DNA of 55,316 nt from Chloroflexota bacterium (GTDB lineage: Bacteria > Chloroflexota > Limnocylindria > P2-11E). Shown in pieces: positions 7,215 through 14,853 of the stretch (position 1 is its first letter; every line of letters begins with the position of its first letter). The stretch lies in contig VBEY01000231.1 in NCBI GenBank assembly GCA_005889295.1, forward strand, positions 1-55,316. The letters run 5' to 3'. The position numbers were made by a program, and so were the translations under genes. A model generated the notes under the pieces. That model was not told the origin of the DNA. It saw only the letters and a program-made list of their open reading frames with translations, and did no database searches.

Positions 7215-7274
7215 TTGTCCACAGAAACGGCCCCCGGAGGCCGTTTATCCACCGTATTTATGGGGTTATCCACA
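7215..7274 (+). promoter_or_regulatory. cluster of three DnaA-box-like 9-mers in the same orientation
   Basis: TTGTCCACA at 7215-7223, TTATCCACC at 7245-7253 and TTATCCACA at 7266-7274, in the 166-bp gap between two minus-strand genes. Confidence 0.55.
7225..7246 (-). terminator. hairpin (8-bp stem AAACGGCC/GGCCGTTT, 6-nt loop) downstream of the acyl-CoA dehydrogenase gene
   Basis: Perfect stem. On the minus strand it is followed by TTTCTG. It sits between DnaA boxes 1 and 2. Confidence 0.4.
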
Positions 7275-7293
7275 TCTGACTCCAGAAATGGTG

Positions 7294-8439
7294 CTAGGTG
7301 TCCGCAAGAAGCCCCTGCGCAATAACGAGCCGCTGGATCTCGCTGGTCCCTTCGTAAATCCGGTAGATACGCGCGTCGCGGTAGGCCCGCTCGATCCAGA
7401 GCTCCCGCATGTAACCCATTCCGCCGTGGATCTGCACTGCGGCGTCGGCGATCCGACCAAGGGCCTCCGTGGCGAACAGCTTCGCCTTCGCGGCTCGGTC
7501 GGTAACCCGCTCGCCGCGGTCGGCCCGCGAGGCCGCGTCGTAGACCATGAGCCGAGCGGCGTGGACATCGATGGCGGCGTCCGCGAGGAGCCATTGGATC
7601 GCCTGATTCGTCCCGATCGGTCGTCCGAACTGCGTGCGCGTTTTGGCGTGCGCGACGCTGGCCTCGAGCAGGCGCTGCGCGGCGCCGACCGCGTGCGCGG
7701 CGAGTCCCATGCGACCGTAGTCGAGCGTGGCGAGGGCGATCGCGAACCCCTTGCCTTCATCGCCAACGCGCTGCGCAGCGGGCACACGCATGTCGCGGAA
7801 GTAGAGCTGCGCGGTCGTCGAGCCATGCAATCCCATCTTCGCATCGTTCCGGCCGACCTCGAGGCCCGCGGTGCGGCGGTCGACGACGAACGCGGTGATC
7901 GCTTTCGAGCCAAGAGTGGGGTCGAGCGTCGTGAAGATGACGAACACGTCTGCGATCGGCGCATTGGTGATGAAAGTCTTCGCCCCATCGATCACGTACG
8001 TGTCGCCGTCGCGGCGCGCGATCGTCTTGAGTCCGCCCGCGTCGCTACCGGCTCCCGGTTCGGAAAGACCGTATGCGCCGATCTTTCGTGCCGATAGCAG
8101 ATCCGGCAGGTAGCGGGAACGGAGCGCGTCGGGTCCGCCGATGTCGATCGCGGTACCGCACAACCCCGCCGACCCGCCGATGACGTTCCAGAGCGACGCG
8201 TTCGCGCGCGCAAGCTGCTCGACCGCGACGCAGTAGCCGAGCTTGCCGAACCCCTGACCGCCGAGCTCTTCGCGAAAGCCGAGTCCGAAGAGGCCCATGC
8301 CGGCCATCGCGTCGATGACGGCTCGCGGGATCTCGTCCTTCTCTTCGATCTCGCGCTCGAGCGGCACGAGCTGGGTCTCGACGAACTCCCGGACGGAGCG
8401 CTGGAGCATGACGAGCTCCTCAGGAAGGACGGGTTCCAT
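7294..8439 (-). CDS. acyl-CoA dehydrogenase
   Basis: 381 aa with GAYGLSEPGAGSD, FITNA, QIHGGMGY and YEGTSEIQ. Confidence 0.9.
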   Translation of the reverse strand: MEPVLPEELVMLQRSVREFVETQLVPLEREIEEKDEIPRAVIDAMAGMGLFGLGFREELGGQGFGKLGYCVAVEQLARANASLWNVIGGSAGLCGTAIDIGGPDALRSRYLPDLLSARKIGAYGLSEPGAGSDAGGLKTIARRDGDTYVIDGAKTFITNAPIADVFVIFTTLDPTLGSKAITAFVVDRRTAGLEVGRNDAKMGLHGSTTAQLYFRDMRVPAAQRVGDEGKGFAIALATLDYGRMGLAAHAVGAAQRLLEASVAHAKTRTQFGRPIGTNQAIQWLLADAAIDVHAARLMVYDAASRADRGERVTDRAAKAKLFATEALGRIADAAVQIHGGMGYMRELWIERAYRDARIYRIYEGTSEIQRLVIAQGLLADT

Positions 8440-8855
8440 CAGGCGGGCTTCGCGCGCTCAAGGAGCTGACGGAGAGCATCGGGGATGCGGGTGGGGCGCC
8501 CGGTCTTGCGGTCGAGCATCACCTGGATCGTCGAGGCATCAACGCAATGCGCTCCATCGGCCCGGTCGATCGCGTATTCGAAGGTCCACGATGAGTGGCG
8601 CATCTCGCCGACGCGGACCTTGATGTCGTACTCGTCGTCGAAACGGAGTGGCGCGTGATAGCGCACCCGCGCCTCGCCGATCGTGAAGTCGAGGCCCCGA
8701 TCCAGCAGGTCGCGGGTGTACACGATGCCAAGGTCGCGCAAGTACGCGACCCGACCGACCTCCGCGAATACCAGGTAGTTCGCGTAGTAAACGACCCCTT
8801 GCAGGTCCGTCTCGCCAAAGCGCACCCGCTGGCGGTGTGCGAAGGGAAAATCCAC
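8439..8855 (-). CDS. acyl-CoA thioesterase (4HBT/YbgC-like hotdog fold)
   Basis: 138 aa with the family-typical RVRFGETDLQGVVYYANYLVF. The stop overlaps the dehydrogenase start (ATGA). Confidence 0.85.
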   Translation of the reverse strand: MDFPFAHRQRVRFGETDLQGVVYYANYLVFAEVGRVAYLRDLGIVYTRDLLDRGLDFTIGEARVRYHAPLRFDDEYDIKVRVGEMRHSSWTFEYAIDRADGAHCVDASTIQVMLDRKTGRPTRIPDALRQLLERAKPA

Positions 8856-8882
8856 GGCCGCTTGGCAGGTTAACGATTTGGC

Positions 8883-9356
8883 ATGCCACCTGCTGCCCCG
8901 TCCGGCATGGCTACATCAGCACCACGCGACCACGACACGACCGAACGCGTCGATCGCTACGAGCGCGAACGCATCGTCGAGCGTCCCGCGCACACACCAC
9001 CGGCAAGCGCGAACGTGAACGTCGGGCCGACGACCGCGACCGTCGCTCGCAACGATCCGGTGTGGACGGTCACGCGCGTCGTCACCCTGCTCTTCACCGT
9101 TCTCGAGGTCCTACTGCTGCTCCGCTTCGTCCTGAAGCTCCTTGGCGCGAACGCGAACCAGCCGCTCGTGTCCGGCCTGTACGGGATTACCGAGCCACTG
9201 GTGCGTCCGTTCCAGGGCATTTTCCCGGAGCCGGCGGGCCCGCCGGCGCTCGACCTCGCCGCGCTTCTCGCGGTCGCGTTCTTCTTCCTCATCGCTGCGC
9301 TGGTCGTCGCGCTCGTGCGCGCGATCACGGCGAACCGGGGAACCCTGAACCCATAG
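8883..9356 (+). CDS. YggT family membrane protein
   Basis: 157 aa. LLLRFVLKLLGANANQPLVSGLYGITEPLVRPFQGIFP followed by a second transmembrane helix. Confidence 0.7.
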   Translation: MPPAAPSGMATSAPRDHDTTERVDRYERERIVERPAHTPPASANVNVGPTTATVARNDPVWTVTRVVTLLFTVLEVLLLLRFVLKLLGANANQPLVSGLYGITEPLVRPFQGIFPEPAGPPALDLAALLAVAFFFLIAALVVALVRAITANRGTLNP

Positions 9357-9370
9357 CGCGATAGGTGGAA

Positions 9371-9394
9371 CGGCGGGGGCACGCGCCCCCGCCG
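9371..9394. terminator. GC-rich hairpin (10-bp stem CGGCGGGGGC/GCCCCCGCCG, 4-nt loop) between convergent genes
   Basis: Perfect stem between the yggT-like stop (9356) and the acs stop (9434). There is no clear U-tract. Confidence 0.45.
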
Positions 9395-9433
9395 CGGCGT
9401 GCCGCCCGAGCCCGGCGCGGCGATGACGCTTGT

Positions 9434-11374
9434 CTAACGCTTCGCGAGGGCGCGGACCTCCTCGACCGCCGCGGGATTGTCCAGCGAGCTCAGATCGCCG
9501 AGATCCTGTTTCCCGAGATACGCGCCGCGGATGACCCTGCGGAGAATCTTGGCGTTCCGGGTTTTCGGCAGCTGCGTCACGAAGCGCACGGCCTCGGGCC
9601 GCAGCGGCTTGCCGAGTATCTCCGCGATCTTGTCCTGCACCGACCGCGCAAGCTCGTCGGTCGGATGGTGCAGCGGGCGCGGCACGACGAAGACGACGAT
9701 CGCCTCGCCTTTGATCGCGTGCGGCACCCCGATCGCGGCCGCCTCGGACACCGCCGGATGCGCGACCGCCGCCGACTCGACCTCCGCGGGCCCCACGCGC
9801 TTGCCGGCGATCTTCAGAGTGTCGTCGCTTCGTCCCTCGATGTACCAGTAGCCCTCGTCGTCGATTCGCGCCCAGTCGCCGTGGACCCAGGTGTTGGGAA
9901 AGCGAGACCAGTAGGTCTGGAAATAGCGGCCGTCGGGAGTCGCCGGGTCGCGCCAGAAACCGCGCGTCATGCCCGGCCAGGGTTTGCGAATGACGAGCTC
10001 CCCGACAATGCCGCGCACCGGTCGGCCCTTCTCGTCCACGACGTCCGCAGCCATCCCTGGACACGGACCGGTGAACGAGCTCGGCTGGATCGGCGTCCAG
10101 GTCGTGCAGCCGACGATCCCGCCGGAGACCTCGGTACCGCCGGAGTAATTGATGATCGGGCAGCGCGAATCGCCGACATTGCGGAAGTACCACCACCACG
10201 GATCCGGGTTCCAGGGCTCGCCGGTCGAGCCGAGCACGAAGAGCGAGGAGCGGTCCTTCGTACGGACCGGATCCTCACCGGATCGCATGAGGCCGCGGAT
10301 CGCGGTCGGCGAGATCCCAAGATGCGTGACGCGATGACGCTCGACGAGGGACCACATCCGGGAGGCGTCGGGGAAGTCCGGTGTGCCGTCGTACAGGACG
10401 ATGGTCGCGCCAAGCATGAGCCCGCCCGCGATGAGCCAGGGTCCCATCATCCAGCCGATGTCGGTCGACCACAGGATCACGTCGCGCTCTTGAAGATCGA
10501 AGCAGTGCGCGAGGTCCTGCGCCGCCTTGATCGGGAACCCACCGTGCACGTGCTGCGCGCCTTTCGGCTTGCCGGTCGTGCCCGAGGTGTAGATCACCAT
10601 GAACAGGTCCTCGGCGGACGTGTCGGCGATGTCCAGCACCGCACCGGCGGGGGTGACGCCGGACCAGGGAACGTCGCGGCCGCGCTTGGGATACGCACGC
10701 CCGACGCGGTCGACGACGATGACGGCGTCGACGGAGGGCGCTCCGTCCGCGGCGCTGTCGGCGGTCTCTTTCATCGCGACGACCTGACCCCGCCGATAGA
10801 AACCGTCCGCGCAGATGAGCACCTTCGCCTCGGCGTCGCGTAAGCGGCCGGCGATCGCCTCCGCGCCGTATCCGGAGAAGATGGGGATGAAGACGGCGCC
10901 GATCGCGCCGATCGCGAGCACCGCGACGGCGGATTCGACGGTCAGCGGCAGAAAAACCGCGACGCGGTCACCGTGTTTCACTCCGAGCGAGCGCAGGCCG
11001 GACGCCAGGCTCGCGACCTGATCGGCGAGCTCGCGGTAGGTGAGCTTTCGGACGGTGCCCTCCTCGCCCTCGGAAACGATCGCCACGCGGTCGCCATCGT
11101 GTCGCAGCGCGGTCGCCACATAGTTCATGCGGCCACCGGTCCACCACGTCGTCCACGGGATGCCGCGCGACGTGTCGAGCACATGCCTGTATGGCGTGCG
11201 CCAGGAGATCCGGAGATCGCGCTCAGTCGCGGCCCAGAAACCCTCGAGGTCTTCGGTCGACCAGCGCAACAGCGACGCGTAGTCGGTGTGGCCATTCTTC
11301 AGCGCGAACGCGCGCAGACGGCTGCGCTCGAGGTACGCGGAGCTCGGCGTCCACGCTGCCGCCACGCTCGTCAC
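9434..11374 (-). CDS. acs: AMP-forming acetyl-CoA synthetase family ligase
   Basis: 646 aa. YTSGTTGKPKG, colinear by eye with Acs (GISPTAIR, GSTGEP, DDEGYWYIEGRSDD). The C-terminal PKTRNAKILRR contains the Lys that is acetylated in characterised Acs enzymes. Confidence 0.85.
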   Translation of the reverse strand: MTSVAAAWTPSSAYLERSRLRAFALKNGHTDYASLLRWSTEDLEGFWAATERDLRISWRTPYRHVLDTSRGIPWTTWWTGGRMNYVATALRHDGDRVAIVSEGEEGTVRKLTYRELADQVASLASGLRSLGVKHGDRVAVFLPLTVESAVAVLAIGAIGAVFIPIFSGYGAEAIAGRLRDAEAKVLICADGFYRRGQVVAMKETADSAADGAPSVDAVIVVDRVGRAYPKRGRDVPWSGVTPAGAVLDIADTSAEDLFMVIYTSGTTGKPKGAQHVHGGFPIKAAQDLAHCFDLQERDVILWSTDIGWMMGPWLIAGGLMLGATIVLYDGTPDFPDASRMWSLVERHRVTHLGISPTAIRGLMRSGEDPVRTKDRSSLFVLGSTGEPWNPDPWWWYFRNVGDSRCPIINYSGGTEVSGGIVGCTTWTPIQPSSFTGPCPGMAADVVDEKGRPVRGIVGELVIRKPWPGMTRGFWRDPATPDGRYFQTYWSRFPNTWVHGDWARIDDEGYWYIEGRSDDTLKIAGKRVGPAEVESAAVAHPAVSEAAAIGVPHAIKGEAIVVFVVPRPLHHPTDELARSVQDKIAEILGKPLRPEAVRFVTQLPKTRNAKILRRVIRGAYLGKQDLGDLSSLDNPAAVEEVRALAKR

Positions 11375-11381
11375 GGTAGCG

Positions 11382-11729
11382 TTATCGCGACGCCGGAACC
11401 GGATCGATCAGCCAGTCGAGATGGAGCCATACCACGCGCGAGTACCGCCAGACGAACGGGACCAGGGCGAGAAAGAGGACGTCGGCCACGACAAGTGCGA
11501 CGACGATGTCCCAGCCGGTCGCGAGCCAGACCGCGAGCACAAGGAGCGCAAGCACGGGGATGCCGAGCGCATAGCTCGCGACCATGGCGCCGGTCCAGTA
11601 GCCGGTCTCGCGCTCGAACCGGAGCCCGCACACCGGACACGGCTCGTTCATCGCGAACATCCCGCGCCAGACACGGCCCTGCAGGCACCTCGGGCAACGG
11701 CCGCGGCAGATCGCCCAGACCCGACGCAC
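11382..11729 (-). CDS. DUF983 domain membrane protein
   Basis: 115 aa. CPRC...CPVCG zinc-ribbon-like N-terminus followed by two transmembrane helices. Confidence 0.7.
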   Translation of the reverse strand: MRRVWAICRGRCPRCLQGRVWRGMFAMNEPCPVCGLRFERETGYWTGAMVASYALGIPVLALLVLAVWLATGWDIVVALVVADVLFLALVPFVWRYSRVVWLHLDWLIDPVPASR

Positions 11730-11731
11730 GC

Positions 11732-12400
11732 CTAGAAGTACCGCAGGATGGCCGCCGCCACCACGATCGCGACGAGCAGGACCGCGATGAGGAGCAGCGG
11801 GAGCAGGTAGAACGCGAGCCCGCCGAGGAGGAGGATCGCGAGAGCCTGATCACCGGGTACCCCGTAGTGCTGCTCGATCGCGCGATGAACGACGAGGGCG
11901 AACCAGACCAGCATCACTCCGCTCACGACGTCCGCGATCACGGCGAACGGTCCACCGGCGAACGCGATCCCGGCGAGCGACGTCGGCGCCTGGTACACGA
12001 GCTCGGCGTAGCCGAAGAGGACGAGCAGTGGCAAGTAGGGACGGCCCCGAACCCCGCGAAAGCGAGCGGCGGCGTGGATCGCGCTCGAGCCGAGGAGCCA
12101 GAGAAAGATCGGCGTGAGCGCCGCCGCGACGACGAGCGCGTCGAACGATCGCTGCAGCACGTAGACGAGCACCGCGGTGCGCTCGACGCCGATCGCCAGG
12201 AGGAGCGCGTCGACGATCGCGCTTCGCGTCGGGCCGAACACGATGTCATCGACGTGAACGGTCTGCGAGAGGTGGTACGCGCTGAGGGTCGAGAACGCCA
12301 TCGCGATCGGGACGCAGGCGAGACCCCAGAACGTGCTCGCGTGGAGCGCCGAGGCCGCGAACGGTCTCGGTCGCCAGCGATGGGCGACCGTCGCGATCAC
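11732..12400 (-). CDS. Yip1-like multi-pass membrane protein
   Basis: 222 aa with about 5 hydrophobic helices. Assignment rests on general architecture only. Confidence 0.45.
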   Translation of the reverse strand: MIATVAHRWRPRPFAASALHASTFWGLACVPIAMAFSTLSAYHLSQTVHVDDIVFGPTRSAIVDALLLAIGVERTAVLVYVLQRSFDALVVAAALTPIFLWLLGSSAIHAAARFRGVRGRPYLPLLVLFGYAELVYQAPTSLAGIAFAGGPFAVIADVVSGVMLVWFALVVHRAIEQHYGVPGDQALAILLLGGLAFYLLPLLLIAVLLVAIVVAAAILRYF

Positions 12401-13485
12401 TTGAACGCTGCGGCGAGAGCTTCGTGCATAGCCTGGTCGGTCGCGGCGTCCACCGCGGTGCGCGCGCGGCCGCCGAGCACCGGCGGATCTTCATCGTGGA
12501 GCGCTTCCGGCACTGGAGCGCCGAGCATGATGAGGTACTCCATCGACCAGGTCCGCCGTACCGCGTCGAGGTCGTAGCCGCCCCCGCCCATCGCGACCCA
12601 GGGATAGGCGCTCGCCGCGAACCAGCTCACCACGTGCTCACGCGAGTGCGTTGAGAGCTGAAGGTCGGTCAGCGGGTCGGTGAAGTGGGGATCGATGCCC
12701 TGCTGCGTCACGAGGACATCCGGGCGGAACCGCTCGAGGAGCGGAGGCACGACCGCATCGAACGCGCGCATGTATGCGAGGTCGTCGGTATACGGCGGGA
12801 GCGCCACGTTGACGCTGTATCCCGCGCCCTTGCCGGTGCCCCGCTCGGCGGCGGTACCGGTCCCGGGGAAGAACGGCCGGCCCAGCCGAGGGATCAGACC
12901 GAACTCGTGCAGGGAGATGGTGAGGACGCGGTCGGTGTCGTAGAACGCGGCCTGCACGCCGTCGCCGTGGTGGGCGTCGATGTCCACATACGCGACCTTC
13001 ATCCCGCGGTCCGAAAGCAGGCCGCACACGATCGCAGGGTCGTTGTAGATGCAGAAGCCCGAGGCCCGGCGGCGCATCGCGTGATGGAGGCCACCTGAGC
13101 CGTTGAACGCGACGCGCGACCGACCGGCGATAACGTCCTCCATCGCGACGAGCGAGGCCCCCGTCGTGAGCAGCGAGGCGTCGTGCATGCCGGCGAACGG
13201 CGGGGTATCGCCCCACGCCGAAAGGCCCCACGCGGAGTAGTCAAGGTCGGGTTCGGCCGAGGCCTCCGCGATCGCGTCCACGTACTCGTGATCGTGGATG
13301 CGCTCGAGCTCGGCGCGTGTTGCGAGTCTCGGCATCAGCACCCGCGCGTTCGGGAGCGCGAAGGCGCCGAGGCGCTCGAGCGTGTCGTGCACCCCCTGAA
13401 GCCGCCACGGCTTGAGCGGATGATCCGATCGGTACACGTGCGACGCGAGGCGCGGATCCCAGACGAACCCGGCGGCGCCGCTCAT
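12397..13485 (-). CDS. acuC: histone deacetylase family protein (AcuC-type deacetylase)
   Basis: GGLHHAMRRRASGFCIYND and DIDAHHGDGVQAAFY. I chose the start at ATG 13485 because it overlaps the folA stop (ATGA); the track start 13569 would overlap folA by 88 nt. Confidence 0.85.
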   Translation of the reverse strand: MSGAAGFVWDPRLASHVYRSDHPLKPWRLQGVHDTLERLGAFALPNARVLMPRLATRAELERIHDHEYVDAIAEASAEPDLDYSAWGLSAWGDTPPFAGMHDASLLTTGASLVAMEDVIAGRSRVAFNGSGGLHHAMRRRASGFCIYNDPAIVCGLLSDRGMKVAYVDIDAHHGDGVQAAFYDTDRVLTISLHEFGLIPRLGRPFFPGTGTAAERGTGKGAGYSVNVALPPYTDDLAYMRAFDAVVPPLLERFRPDVLVTQQGIDPHFTDPLTDLQLSTHSREHVVSWFAASAYPWVAMGGGGYDLDAVRRTWSMEYLIMLGAPVPEALHDEDPPVLGGRARTAVDAATDQAMHEALAAAFK

Positions 13486-13973
13486 CGTGCCCGCTCGAGC
13501 GTCACGAACGAAAACGCGAACGGGTGCCGCGCGTCCGCCGGATGCGGCTTCCGGTCGACCTCGCGCCACTCGTCCGGATCGAGCGGCGGGAAATACGTGT
13601 CGCCCACCGCTTCGGTCTCCACCTCGGTGAGATAGATGCGATCGGCGCGGGGCAGGAAATCCCTGAAGACTCCGGCGCCGCCGAACACGATGACCTCCGG
13701 CACGTCACCGGCGAGCGCGAGCGCCTCGTCGGGCGTGCGCGCGATGAGACACCCTTCGCACCGGAAAGCCGGATCGCGTGTAAGGACGATGCTCACGCGG
13801 TCCGGGAGCGGCCTGCCGATCGAGTCGAACGTCCGTCGACCCATGATGAGCGGCTTCCCCACGGTGAGCTGGCGTACGTGCCTCATGTCGTCGGGGAGCC
13901 GCCACGGAAGCCGTCCGTCCTTGCCGATAACCCCGTGGCGGTCGCGGGCAACGACGAATGCGATGCGGCTCAC
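13482..13973 (-). CDS. folA: dihydrofolate reductase
   Basis: GTG start VSRIAFVVARDRHGVIGKDGRLPWRLPDDMRHVRQLTVGKPLIMGRRTFDS. The GTG overlaps the thyA stop (GTGA). The upstream part of track ORF 13482..14534 is an out-of-frame shadow over thyA. Confidence 0.9.
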   Translation of the reverse strand: MSRIAFVVARDRHGVIGKDGRLPWRLPDDMRHVRQLTVGKPLIMGRRTFDSIGRPLPDRVSIVLTRDPAFRCEGCLIARTPDEALALAGDVPEVIVFGGAGVFRDFLPRADRIYLTEVETEAVGDTYFPPLDPDEWREVDRKPHPADARHPFAFSFVTLERAR

Positions 13974-14851
13974 ACCGCCATCTTCGCCTTGATCGGCGGG
14001 TGGTGCTGGTAGTTCAGGAGCTTCGCGAAGCCGTCGAGGAGCGGACCGGAGGCCTCGCCGCGCTTCGCGCGCGCGACGATCTCGCGGTAGCGCGCCACCG
14101 CGTCGTCGACGCCACGCAGCTCCGGGTCCAGCCACAGCGACGGGGCGGCATAGGGCTCGCGCTGCAGCTGCTCGCGAGCCGCGTCCATGTGATCGCGATA
14201 CACGTGCGCGTCCGCGAGAACGTGGACGAACTCGTGCGGTTCGAGGTCGACCTCGCGGGCGACCAGGTGCAGCAGAAGCGCGTATTCGGCCATGTTGAAG
14301 GGGACCCCGAGCACGAGGTCGCACGAGCGCTGATACATCATCAGCGAGAGCTTTCCGCCGGCCACGAAAAACTGGAAGAACGCATGGCAGGCCGGAAGCG
14401 AGGTCTGGTCGAGCTCGCCGGGGTTCCACGCACTGACGAGCATCCGCCGGCTGGCGGGCTGCTCGCGGATAAGGCGGATCGCCTCGCGCAGCTGGTCGAT
14501 GCGTCGACCGTCGGGTGCCGCCCAGTCGCGCCACTGTTGTCCGTAATTCCGGCCTGCGTCACCGGGAAAACGCGCGCGGCCCTGCCAGTAGTCGGCGAAC
14601 GCGTTGCCGTCCCAGATGTGGACGCCCAGCGCGTGGAGGTCGTTCACGTCCGAGCTTCCCGCGAGAAACCACAGAAGCTCGGCCACCACCGACCGGAAGG
14701 CGAGCCGCTTCGTCGTAACAGCGGGGAATCCACGAGAGAGGTCGAAGCGCATCATCTCGCCGAACACCGCGCGGGTGCCGACCCCCGTGCGGTCGGCACG
14801 CTCGTCACCCTCTTCGAGCGCCTTACGCAGGATGTCGAGGTATTGGCGCAC
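13970..14851 (-). CDS. thyA: thymidylate synthase (ThyA type)
   Basis: MRQYLDIL, DRTGVGT, LPACHAFFQF (catalytic Cys), and a C-terminal HPPIKAKMAV. Confidence 0.93.
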   Translation of the reverse strand: MRQYLDILRKALEEGDERADRTGVGTRAVFGEMMRFDLSRGFPAVTTKRLAFRSVVAELLWFLAGSSDVNDLHALGVHIWDGNAFADYWQGRARFPGDAGRNYGQQWRDWAAPDGRRIDQLREAIRLIREQPASRRMLVSAWNPGELDQTSLPACHAFFQFFVAGGKLSLMMYQRSCDLVLGVPFNMAEYALLLHLVAREVDLEPHEFVHVLADAHVYRDHMDAAREQLQREPYAAPSLWLDPELRGVDDAVARYREIVARAKRGEASGPLLDGFAKLLNYQHHPPIKAKMAV

Positions 14852-14853
14852 GG

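Noticed and set aside
7128-7293. Considered whether the DnaA-box cluster is the chromosomal origin (oriC)
   Set aside because: There are only three boxes and no extended AT-rich unwinding element. No dnaA, dnaN or rpmH gene is nearby, and there is no strand-bias switch of genes around it. I kept it as a DnaA-box cluster finding instead.
9111-12577. Several long ORFs (9111..10199 minus, 9365..10843 plus, 10973..12577 plus)
   Set aside because: They are shadows over acs, DUF983, the Yip1-like gene and acuC. The real genes have clear family motifs, while these frames are Arg/Asp/Gly low-complexity.
13974-14534. N-terminal 187 aa of track ORF 13482..14534, which would make a 350-aa DHFR
   Set aside because: This part is out of frame over thyA and is Arg/Pro/Ala-rich. 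DHFR similarity begins exactly at the GTG (13973) that overlaps the thyA stop.
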